Source: Dimorphilus gyrociliatus
Lineage: Eukaryota > Animalia > Annelida
NCBI GenBank assembly: GCA_904063045.1
Contig: CAJFCJ010000007.1
Span: 1,867,404-1,931,403, forward strand
Length of the DNA stretch: 64,000 bases
Direction: 5' to 3'
The notes under the pieces were generated by a model. It had not been told where the DNA came from. It made no database searches and saw nothing but the letters and a program-made list of their open reading frames with translations. A program made the position numbers and the translations under genes. Shown piece by piece: positions 48,501-59,423 of this stretch. Position 1 is the stretch's first letter; each line of letters starts with the position of its first letter.

Positions 48501-49952
48501 TTAATTTAAAGAAGGTACACGACTATTATTCCATTTTAATTCGATTGTGGGCCATTTGGTCATCAAGCATGTCCGAATATTCGATGTGTCACCCAAGACT
48601 TGCACGTCAGGAAGATCACAAATTTCCGCCTGACCCTCAATAAATTCAACTTTATTTTCAGTGGATGATCTCGCCAAGCAATTTACATGAAATAGCGTAA
48701 ATTTTGTTACAGATTTATCTGCCTTCTCATTTGGAAAAAATTCCTCCATAAATTTAGATAGCATAATTATACCCAGACCCTCTTCATCCACTCTGCTTTT
48801 CATTATATTTACATAATCGGGAGCTGATTCCAGGTTGAGACTTTTAAGTAAATCTCCAAACTTGTCTATAGTGATAAATCCATTACATTCAGTATCAAAT
48901 CTAGCAAACGTTCGTCGAGCGGTTTGAGCTTGAGTCTCATGAGTTACCAGAGTTTCCTCTAGCGAGAAAAGGACTGTTAAATGCGTTTCACTTCCTAATA
49001 TCCATATTGGATAAGCAGGATTCTTTAAATTCCATCCTACTTCAGTATAACGAAGATGCTCCAGTTGTGTGAGAAATCCGATAGGTGAACGCGAAGGGAT
49101 GCCCTGCAATTTTAAACCGCAAACTTCTCTCTCTCCATCCCACAAGTTTGTTACAGCACTGCCAGTAATTAACAAGTTGATAAGACTCTGACTTCCATGA
49201 CCATGAATAGAGTCTATCAATACTTCAGAAGAATCCTCCATTTCCTTCTTAACAATTCCTAAGCCTGTTTAAAAATTTCTAAATAGAATGCATACATTAA
49301 ATAATATAGAAAAAGAACCTTTCGTAAGTAATACTGAGTACATAAGGAGAAGGACACCGAACTGGCATAGATACTCTGCAATGGAATTTTGAATTACTTT
49401 GCTGGCTTCCTTTGAGGACGTGCATTTTATTAATTTTAATCGGGAGTGAAATTCTTCATGGCCAATTTTCATGTTCGAATCATTTCCGGAATCAAATTGA
49501 ACGATGCAGTATTGTCCATTTGTCGATACCTGATGTAGCATATCACAAATAGAATTTGCCAGGAAGTATAACTTTTCATTATCTACAATTTGGCAAGAAT
49601 TATTAATTTTTATGTCATGTAAGAATGCAAACCTTCTAGACCCCTCCAATTTGTATCAGGTTTATTATCGGAAAATAATATGTTTTTCAACAAAAATGCT
49701 TGAGTCGATGCTATTACAGCACATGGGCCCCCTTGTTGTTGCACTAAAGCAATTGGTTCATTCTCACTGAACTCGAAACCTATTTGTCAACGAAAATAAA
49801 GAATACTGCGAAAAAGAGAGAAAACATAAGTAACCTTGATCCCAACGGTGAAATATTTCTGATTTGATTGTTGCGCCCCATAATAGCTTCTTCAAAGCTA
49901 AAATTTCTTGATGGTCGATATGATGAGGAGGGACATTTTCTGATGTTTCCAT
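48501..49952 (-). CDS. MINDY3: Deubiquitinase MINDY-3 (FAM188A), 4 exons
   Basis: Catalytic QQGGPCAVIA and ILGSETHLTVLF; QSLINLLITGSAVTNLWDG; EF-hand FARFDTECNGFI. Confidence 0.94.
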
Positions 49953-50263
49953 TTCATAAAATTTAAATGATACAGTTAGAGGCGGTCATGTTTCTTGTCT
50001 CGTACAGAGAATCTAAAAATTTTCCAAATTTTATTTTAATATGTATAAATGAGAATATAGTATATTGTATTAAAAAATATAATTATACGAAAATAATTGC
50101 TACTGAAAAACATATTTTTTTCAAAGTTTCTATTTAAAGCAAGGCTGCCTACCATATTTGTATTCAAAGATATCCTGTTATAGCTAATTATATTATAAAC
50201 AATATTTTTTCGATATTATAATTTTAGTTGCTTTATTTATCAACTCAGTGGTTTTTTGCCAAA

Positions 50264-52105
50264 ATGATGAGTGAAAATAAGTCAATTCCACAAAACTTGG
50301 AAACCGAACCTTTTGATAGGTTAAAAGATGAAGACCTTAGAGCCCTTTGTCAGACTGAAGAATCAATAAGACAGATGTAAAAACTGTTTCCGTTTTGCAA
50401 ACATTTTAATTAATACTTAATCAAAACAGGAGTAAATACAAAGACGATTATCAAGTATTACAAAATACTTTGAAGACTCTGCCCGATAAATATTCATATG
50501 ATATTTTAGTAAGCTTATAGATTTTAATTTTCAGAACTAACAAATCAATGATGATTTACATTATAGGTTCCTTTTGGGAACAAAGCTTTCATGCCTGGTA
50601 AGTTAGTTCATACTAACGAAATCCTAGTCCTTTTGGGTGACAATTGGTTTGTTGAAAAGTCTGCCAAGGATGCGTCTCAGATAGTTTCAAGGCGAATGAA
50701 AGGTCTGTCTTTGAACTAAATATACCACTTATTTAACAATACCAAGACCATCTGCCCTGAGTCTTCTTAATGGTCTCCTTTATATGCTATTGTTGATAAC
50801 AATAGACCTTTAATTATATTAGAATGTTCATTGATTATATACAATTGCATCATTTTGAAACTGTAAGTTCGTATATTGTTTTTAGTAATTGAAAATCAAA
50901 TCCAAGACATAGAAAAACAGAAACAGCTATTAAAATCGAGAGTAGAAAATTTGTCAGAGGTATTCGTATTCAATTTGAGAAGAAATGCAATTGTTTTCAT
51001 TACGGCTCTTGCTTATAGGCGGAAGGTGCTTTTGAAATCAAAGAAGCGTACGATGAGGAGGAAGAAAAGAAATGGAGGGGTGAGTATTATGCAATAAGTG
51101 GGCCAGAGGAAATAGTTAAGGATGCGCTTCTTTTGTACAAGAGCAACATAGAGAGAATGTAAGACGGAATTATCGAGAAGAACGCAGGAAGGAAAAAGAA
51201 GTAAGTGAAGATGATAAAGACGTTTGGGATTTATTGGACAAACTGGAACAAAATGAACAAGAAAAGGAAGAATTGCTTGAGTTAGTAGTTGTTTGTAGAT
51301 AGAATCTGAAGATCGGCGCCAGTCTGCTCATTTCCTAGATAAGAATCTTCATCATTCAAACTATGATGCAATGCTTTCTTACAGGAGCTGCGAAAATGTT
51401 GTATTTTTGATAAGCCGTAATTAGAGGCTTATCTGAACAAACATAAAGAAAAGTTTATATTAGAAATTGATCTGTTAATTAAATCCATTAACTTTAAATC
51501 TGCAGGGAGGGCGGTTACCTATCTAAAGATGAGGAAGAAAGTGACGATATAGGACATAACTCGATAACGTTCAAGCATACTCGTCTTACCGAACAGCAGC
51601 GTCGAGAGGTGCGTACTTTAACATTCTATACAGTTTTAAGATTTGCCTTTGGCGGCATCCATAGACAAAGAGTTGCGCAAGCACTTGCTGACGTAAACAA
51701 TATTTACGAACGCAGTGATGCAATTGCAGGTCGCCGAAGCGAATAGACGCGATGTAAACACCCCGGCTGACATCTACGAAAAGTTTGCGTGTCGGCAACG
51801 TATGAAAGACAGTCGGCTTAACGTAAGAGATCAAACGGAACGTCACTGTGAAAATAAAGTACGTAATCCTTTCTCACCCTCCTCATCCGATGAGCAAAAA
51901 TTGTTCAGCTTATCTTCTTTTATTGGGCGAGCAATAATCGTTCAGAAGAGTACACTTACATTTCTTTTTAACTAGTATTCGTATACAGGCTTTCACTCAT
52001 TCTATTGTTGAAAGAGAAAGTTCGATTGTTCAAGAGAAAGGAAAAGAGACCAAAAGGAAAGTAAGCAAATTTCGGGCTGAAAGACAACTTAATAAATTTT
52101 CTTAA
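50264..52105 (+). CDS. URI1: Unconventional prefoldin RPB5 interactor, multi-exon
   Basis: Prefoldin domain FGTKAFMPGKLVHTNEILVLLGDNWF; EIKEAYDEEEEKKWR; TPADIY; C-terminal URI box KVSKFRAER. Confidence 0.9.
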
Positions 52106-52507
52106 TAAAACACAATTTATTTATTAAAAAGTTATTTATTTAAAAAACGAATCAAATGCACACGGACAGTATTTATAAAAACGAACACAATAAAACTCAA
52201 CAATTTCCTTCTTACCCAACATACTTCAATAAATACACATAAATATGACTGCATGAAAGACAAAATGTCTTGAAGGGTTTTCAACTAAATGCGCGAATTT
52301 GAACACCAAGGGATTAACTCTTGCTAATCTGGCAGCTCATTGGAGATGTGTACGCCATATAAGAATGTTTAAAACAAATTTTTTGCAACTTTTGGAATTC
52401 TAACTTATGCATAGATAACCTCGCTATATTTAAGGAACTAGTTAGTATTTTACGCCAATTAATAAATATCGTTGAATAAATATGATTGACATTTTTAAAC
52501 TCAAAGT

Positions 52508-55318
52508 TTACATAGTTTTCGTGCGTAAGCACGTAATGCTTTTTCTTCCTTGAGAAAATGCTCGTTTAGAATGGCTTGGAGGGGGTGTGAGGAAAGTAGA
52601 AGATTCGACATTGGTAAGCTTCGGTGTTTTCGCCATTTCGGCTTTCCGTAGGATTGTTATATCGTTCTATAAACAAGCTTTAATTAGTGTGTTTCAATAC
52701 AATAGATAATGATCTTACATGTATATGTACACTGCTAATGTGGGTTTGTATATTATGGGCATCTTCTGACTTTACATGTTTCGGTCGATTGGGCTCTAAA
52801 GAATGTTTATTTCTAACATCGTATATAGGCTTCATCCAATTCAAACAACTTTCCAAACTTCCCATTGATAAACCTGTAATTGGAAAAAAACGATCAGTGA
52901 CGTCAAGCAGAACAAAATCAAATCGGTGAAAGAATGTCAATACGTATTATGAGTTATTGCGCGAACATTCGAAATAATTACCTGACACTTGCAGTGCAAC
53001 ATCAGTACTGATTTCGTAATAGATGGCAGATGCGGCCATGACACTTGGCTCAAATAATGAGCTTTCGTAGTCCAGGTAGCAAAGGTCTAGTAGCGTGGAT
53101 ACATCCTTAAACGTTTCCTGCCGGAATTGGGGCATGACAAAATTATCATCAACTTCACTGGCACTTTCAGTTTCATTTTGTTCCCATGATTCGCTATTCA
53201 TTATTTGCATGTAGACGCTTAACCATGCATTTGGTGTCATAGAGACCAAATTCCATTCGAGTGTATTCAGTAATATAATTTCAAATTCCATTATAGTATC
53301 TTCGGAGCAGGCCCCATCGGTCATATCAGCAAATTCCTTCAATCTTGGTGGATATATTTCCTCCATTTTAGATGCAACAAATAGTGCTGTTACTCCAATG
53401 AGCTGTAGTTGTTGTTTTTGAACATCTTTTGTTCGGCTTAAGTATCGGTCAGTGAAATTAACTGAAAGGCAAAATGTTTCGCGATGTAAATTGTAGGCGG
53501 CACAAACTTCCATCATCCAATCTATGAGAATAGTACGCATCGAAGGCGTTATGTACTTTTGTATATCACTGAACAATGATTCTTTGCAGTAATGAGAAGT
53601 GGGTCGATCGTGCATTGACTTCCATAATTGTTTATTATCAGCCCATCGAATATTCGGCAAACGAGATTGTGGAAGAGTATCAGGTCTTAAATGGAGTGGT
53701 CGGTGACACGTTGGAGTTCGAGGCGACAAAGCGGCATTCTTCACAGGCTGTCATTTTAAAAATTGCATCATTAGTGAGGCCTACCCAATGGCTATTTTAC
53801 TTTAGCAAATACACCTAAAGCCAATCAGTATTCAAAATGCAAATGAAGTAATGTTAATCGCTGACAGAATTGCCACAAGCACATTAATCTAGCCGAAATC
53901 ATTATAAAACCCAGCATAATGGCGTAAAAACCACTTTCGAAAACAGCACGAGAACGCCTGGCCTCATGCCAGATGACGTCACCTTTGACGGAATGACGTC
54001 AGACCTAATATTACTAAGTGCGTGAGGATTGAAAAGAGGCCTACCAGTGAGAGGGTGTGGTTAGATCTCGATGGGACCAAGAAACTAGACCACTGGGAGA
54101 TGTCAATTCAGAGTACATGAAAATGCTAACGCTTACGTCAGCTTAGACGACTAACGCGTACAAATGCATTCAAGCGTAACACGTCGCATCGCAGGTGACT
54201 CTAATGTGATGTAACATGGAAACAACACAACGAAATAGTGAAATAGGCGGTTCAGACTTATTACATAATAAAAGATCATAAACGTCGTTGCAAATTAGGA
54301 GTCCAAAGTTGCCGACTCTATAGTATCTGATAGATTAATCTGACTCAGGCAATATTTAGGATGAGAAGAAAATCGCTTTCTAATTTCAAACGGCTATCAG
54401 ATTGCTCTACAGATTAGGCGCACATGGGCGGATGAGCAACGAGACATCAATTAGCAATCGTAAAAGTGATGCGCAAACTGACACTGGTAGATGTAGACGC
54501 ACACAGCATGGGGCATTTCCTTTCACTTTCCAAAGGACGAACACGTCTGTGTCGGCACGCAAACTACAAAGCTTTCTGTTTGTTTCGTGTTTACAAGTAC
54601 CGCTAATCCGTTAATACCCCAGTAAAACTGATGAACACTGACCAAACTCTACATCAAACTTGAACAAACAAGTCAGTAGCGAGTCGTAAAGCAATCAACA
54701 CCTTACTTAGCTTTCTGTCATCTATCGTGTTGACTGCTGTAAACACGTTTTCATTATTTGTTCTACTTACTACAGAAGTCTATACTTTCACTTAGTGGTT
54801 ATTTCAAAACTCTTACTCTGTGTAATTACGAATACCTAATTTGCTTTTTTCGGTATCATTTAAGTTTCACTCTCACTTTTCTTGAATTCATCCTCGTTTA
54901 CCGTGCACTTTATCGTTACACCTGTCACATCGCTATCGGCTCAGTACGGTTGGAAGTACAATACAAGAGGCCAAGACACGGACAAGCTAGCTTGGAATTG
55001 GATTCTTACCTCTTTCACTCTCTCCAGACGTTGCTTCTTCCTGGGTTCGTCTACGCCCGCCAGTTGCAAATCCTAATAATACCAAGAAATATATATAATC
55101 TTTATGCGCATTGTGCTTTACAAAACTAACTTGAAGAGCTTCAGATTCGTCCGCTTTTCTCTTTTTTGATCTAGGTATTTGGGATACGTTTTCTAGGTCC
55201 GGTATATGAAGTTGTTCCTCTTTCTGTTTTCGCGCCTGTATCCTTATACTAAAATGGTATTTAGGATTAGCAAAATCAGCATTTCACTTTCTATTAAGAC
55301 TTACCTCTTTCTAGGCAT
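52508..55318 (-). CDS. CCNE: G1/S cyclin E, multi-exon; one internal exon near 54040-54090 is uncertain
   Basis: MPRK start, cyclin box MRTILIDWMMEVC...LHRETFCLSVNFTDRYL...KMEEIYPP, HNIQTH and the C-terminal Fbw7 degron FLTPPPS. Confidence 0.94.
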
Positions 55319-55767
55319 TCTCTTTGAGACGGAAATTAACGGAGCGTAACCTAAAGGAACACAAAGCCTATTCAAATTTATTGTATTATAAAAGAAAGAA
55401 GCTCGGCAACGACCCCATGTGTGACCCGTTTTTTCCTGCACCTGTCAGCTTTGTTCAGACCATAGTAAACTTATTTTTTATTCACATCTGCACGATGCAC
55501 ATGCCAAGAAATTACAGGTGATAGGAAAAACGTATAATAAATCAAATTATGTTCATATATATATGCCATTAGCTTTTCAGTGTGGCCTATTTAAATTTTA
55601 AGGTTCATCTAAATGGTCCTTGAAATTTTATATAAATTTCTAGGTGATTTTATTATTGATTCCACCGTGATGCAGACTACAATTCCCACAGAGACTTAAC
55701 TTTCAAGATAAAGCCATGTAAAAAAAATCACCTGCAACAATCGACCTCTCATATCGAGTTCACGATT

Positions 55768-56016
55768 CGCGCGGGAAAACGATTGTCGCGTTAAGTGTAT
55801 TCGATTGGTAGAATGAAATAACTATTTTATCTTCAAATTTTTTTAACTGATCTTCTACTATACTAATTTATTTAATTAAAAATATTCCGACTTTAAATCT
55901 ATAATAGCAAGAAATCGTACCAACGATAAAATACAATTTATTGCGGGAACGGTGGGTTCCGACTCCCGCCAAGTGTCTACCGCCGCTGGCCGCGCCACGC
56001 ACTTCTCGCGCCAAAA
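55768..56016. promoter_or_regulatory. E2F site cluster upstream of cyclin E
   Basis: TTTTCCCGCGCG (55768-55779, minus strand), TTTTGGCGCG (56007-56016, minus strand), plus GCGGGAA and TCCCGCC near 55943-55970. Confidence 0.65.
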
Positions 56017-56659
56017 ATCTTCCTAAGAGTTTGACAAAAGCTTGCCCTAACTCTTATGTTTTTATCACTTTCGAAGTGATCTCTCTAATAATTTACTAAA
56101 TTATAGTAAAGTAAATGAATCAGCACAGTTCAAAGGTGTATGAACAGGCTAAAGTGTTGAAGCCATAAATAAAGTATATATCATCTCGATTCCGATTAAA
56201 TTTTAACTTAAAATGATATTTGAGGATTTCAGTTTAAAATGATTATTAAAATCTCCATATTTACGAACAAGTTCATTGAAGCGAAACGTTCTTTTGGCCT
56301 ATCAAGCGGCCAGCAGGATAGACTAAGTTTTGCTTGGCTCTCGAATGATTTACGAATTATCAGTACAGTATCTAAAATAAATCACATACCGTTTTACAGT
56401 AAGACGTCCTCTTGATTAAAGTTTGTTCTTCTTTGAAAAACAGCTGTCCAGCAATGTTCCTTCCCCTTTTATGGTCGCACAAAGACTGCCTAGTGCCTAG
56501 GCGGGAGTAGCGGGACTGTCAAATCGCGTCTCGACTGCTTATTGGTTGAGAGTTTGCGAAGGTTAAGGTGATAAATATTCACTGCGTTACTCGAAAATTT
56601 GTACTTTCGTTTGGGCTTTGTAGTCGTATATTCGAAACTTATTGCCTTTTAGAATAGAA

Positions 56660-57633
56660 ATGCAAGCATTTAAGAAAATTTTTGGTCAATATAACCGAAT
56701 TGTTCTAGGCATGATACATGTACGAGCGTTACCAGGTAAATCCTAGAAATTAAGCAATAAAAGTACAGTAGTTCTATATCGCTCATTGATTAGGGTCTCC
56801 TCGCCACTCACTAACTTTTGACGAAATTTCCAATAAAGCCTGCGAAGAAGCCAAAATTTATAGTAAACATGGATTAAGCGGTATTGTTTTAGAAAACATG
56901 CACGATGTTCCCTATGAAAAGGAAATTGAGCAAAAGCCTCACACAGTTGCATTTATGACAGCAATTGCAACCAAAGTTCGTCAACAATTTCCACACCTTC
57001 CAATTGGTATTCAAATACTCTCCGGTGCTAATCAACAGGCCTTAGCAGTTGCGGTAGCAGCTAATTTAAATTTTATAAGGTGTGAAGGATATGTATTTGG
57101 GCATATCGGAGACGAAGGATATATTGATTCATGTGCGGCGAGCCTATTGCGATATAGAAAGTACCTAAATGCGGATAATATTTTGATTTTCACTGATGTT
57201 AAAAAAAAACACAGGTAGGCTTCTAATAGTTGTCTAATGACTTATAAAGTTATTGTTTCTTTAAGTTCTCATGCCATCACCGATGACATAACTACTTGTG
57301 ATGTTTCTAAGGCAGCTGAAATGTTCCTCAGTGATGGAATAATTGTTACTGGGCAAAGTACTGGTATATCTCCTGATGAAAATTTGGTGCAAGGTCATTA
57401 TTTCAATTTTATAAAAAATCTAGTCACTTATCATATTTTCTTTTCAAGAGGTTAGAGATAGCGTTTCTCTACCAGTTATCGTTGGCTCAGGAGCAAAAAG
57501 CGCGAATATTAAAACTCTAATGAATTGTGCAAATGCTTTTATTGTGGGTTCAGAATTCAAAAAAGATGGTATATGGTTTAATGAATTAGATGAAGATAAA
57601 ATATCAGATTTTATGTCTAGAATTACAAATTAA
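56660..57633 (+). CDS. BtpA/SgcQ-family TIM-barrel protein, 4 exons
   Basis: GMIHVRALPG, VLENMHDVPY, NFIRCEGYVFGHIGDEG, DVKKKHSSHAIT, DGIIVTGQSTG, PVIVGSG and FIVGSEFKKDG. Confidence 0.9.
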
Positions 57634-59423
57634 ATGTCTTTGCTGAGTTCTTCTTGTCTTTTTTTAAGCATATCTTCAAAATTTGCTCCTTCTAAAGATA
57701 ACAAGCCGAAAAGGTTATCTAATTTAGATAAATCTGGTCTTGTATCATTAAACACAAACTGAAGAACACTGATTTTTTCTTTTTTTAGAGCAGAAACCAT
57801 TTTTCCTTCTGCATGCTGAGGTAAAAATGAAACAAAAACCAATCTAGCGGGAAATACTTTCTTTGCATACTTCTTATATAGATCTATAAAATTGAATCCC
57901 TTGAATTTAGTATTTTCGTCTTCATCAGTAATTAGAATTATAGTTTTCACAATCTCGTTTCTTTGATAAAATGGGTAAAGGGCAGCTGCAGGGCTGGTAG
58001 AAAAATCTGCCTCAACAGAAATTGCAAGATCTAATGCTGATTTGATATCTGTTGGAACATTTTCAACTTCGTGAGCTTTGTTATCGAAAAGAACAAACTT
58101 AGCAGAAGACATAGCAGCCAAAATAGAAGCAATGATAGTGCTAGTACGAATTGCAATATCCATTGAACCTGATTTGTCTCCTGCAACAAGAATGGGAGAT
58201 TGCAAAGGCAGAGAGATTCCATTCATTTTTTCTTGGACTATAGATGAAAGTAAGGGAAAAAAGGTAGCTTTATTTTTATTGGGTACACGCTTTCTTTTAG
58301 AAAGAGTCTCTGTTTCTTCACACCATTCGTACTCACAGTTGGTCATTGATACATCCTCTCGAATCATTTTTATTGCTAATAAACGATCTAAGAGTTTCCC
58401 AATATTTAGGTTTATTTCTTCTCCATTTTCAATTCTTGTTTTGATGAAGGCATCGGCCTCTGGGCATGTCAATTCTTCATAGTACCAGAGAACTTGGTCA
58501 AGCGATTCATGCTTCGCTATTCTACCTTTCGACGCATTTGTCAGATTAACGTCCTTTACCCTTCTTATGTGACTATACGGTATGACGAACTCCTTGAGTA
58601 GATCGTTTGCATTTTCTGCACATAGATTGGCGCAAACCCAAGGCAAAGTATCATCAGGCGCCGGCTTTCCAAAGCAAAACGGTAGAAACCAGGGGAGAGA
58701 AGAGAAATCATTCGGATTTAGATGGCAAATATCAGCCAACTGGCGCCAAGGCTGGGAGGGAAAGTGTAGGGCATAAAATTCCAATTTTTCGGCCGACAGG
58801 GTGCGTACCCATCTTTTAACTTTATTACATACTGAGCTCGTTGCTGACCCTTTACTTGTTTTGATTCCTTCTAGATTCTCTATTTTACTCTTTAGCCTCC
58901 CCATTTTTTTGGGCTTAACCTTAGACTTTTGCATATCTAATCGCTTCAGTTTCTTCTTGATTGCCCTAATTTCTCTATTTGCATCAAGAATTGAAATTGC
59001 TTTAATAACCTCTACCAGTCCACATCTATTTTCGGATAGTAAGAATTTTTCGGTTATTCCATCGTCTCCTCGTAACCATGCTGCAGCTAACGCACGAACC
59101 TTAGCATTCTGACTTAGCTGAACGTTAAATTTCTCTAGAATTTCTAGTGCAGCCAAATATAAAGACCTGTAGTTCTTTTGAGCTTCGTAATGCTGATCAA
59201 TACTGATTGCTCCAGTAAAATATTCCCTTATATTTTCTTCAAAATTTATATCGGTGTTATCAACATTTTCCTTGTCCGATTCTTCCATTTTCCATTTAAA
59301 TCCATCTTGATTGACTGAGTTCGCTGCTCCCCTGCCTTGTCCTTGGCCACCTCGTCCCCGGCCGCCTCGTCCCCGGCCACCTCGTCCTCCAGCTCCCCTA
59401 CCACGTCCTCGATTTCCTGGCAT
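57630..59423 (-). CDS. Intronless protein: N-terminal RGG box, TROVE-like domain and vWA domain
   Basis: RGG/GR-rich start; PWRQLADICHLNP resembles Ro60 SHKDLLRLSHLKP; intact MIDAS (DKSGS...TSPAAAL...ITDEDEN). The vWA call is firm and the TROVE call is tentative. Confidence 0.7.
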   Translation of the reverse strand: MPGNRGRGRGAGGRGGRGRGGRGRGGQGQGRGAANSVNQDGFKWKMEESDKENVDNTDINFEENIREYFTGAISIDQHYEAQKNYRSLYLAALEILEKFNVQLSQNAKVRALAAAWLRGDDGITEKFLLSENRCGLVEVIKAISILDANREIRAIKKKLKRLDMQKSKVKPKKMGRLKSKIENLEGIKTSKGSATSSVCNKVKRWVRTLSAEKLEFYALHFPSQPWRQLADICHLNPNDFSSLPWFLPFCFGKPAPDDTLPWVCANLCAENANDLLKEFVIPYSHIRRVKDVNLTNASKGRIAKHESLDQVLWYYEELTCPEADAFIKTRIENGEEINLNIGKLLDRLLAIKMIREDVSMTNCEYEWCEETETLSKRKRVPNKNKATFFPLLSSIVQEKMNGISLPLQSPILVAGDKSGSMDIAIRTSTIIASILAAMSSAKFVLFDNKAHEVENVPTDIKSALDLAISVEADFSTSPAAALYPFYQRNEIVKTIILITDEDENTKFKGFNFIDLYKKYAKKVFPARLVFVSFLPQHAEGKMVSALKKEKISVLQFVFNDTRPDLSKLDNLFGLLSLEGANFEDMLKKRQEELSKDI

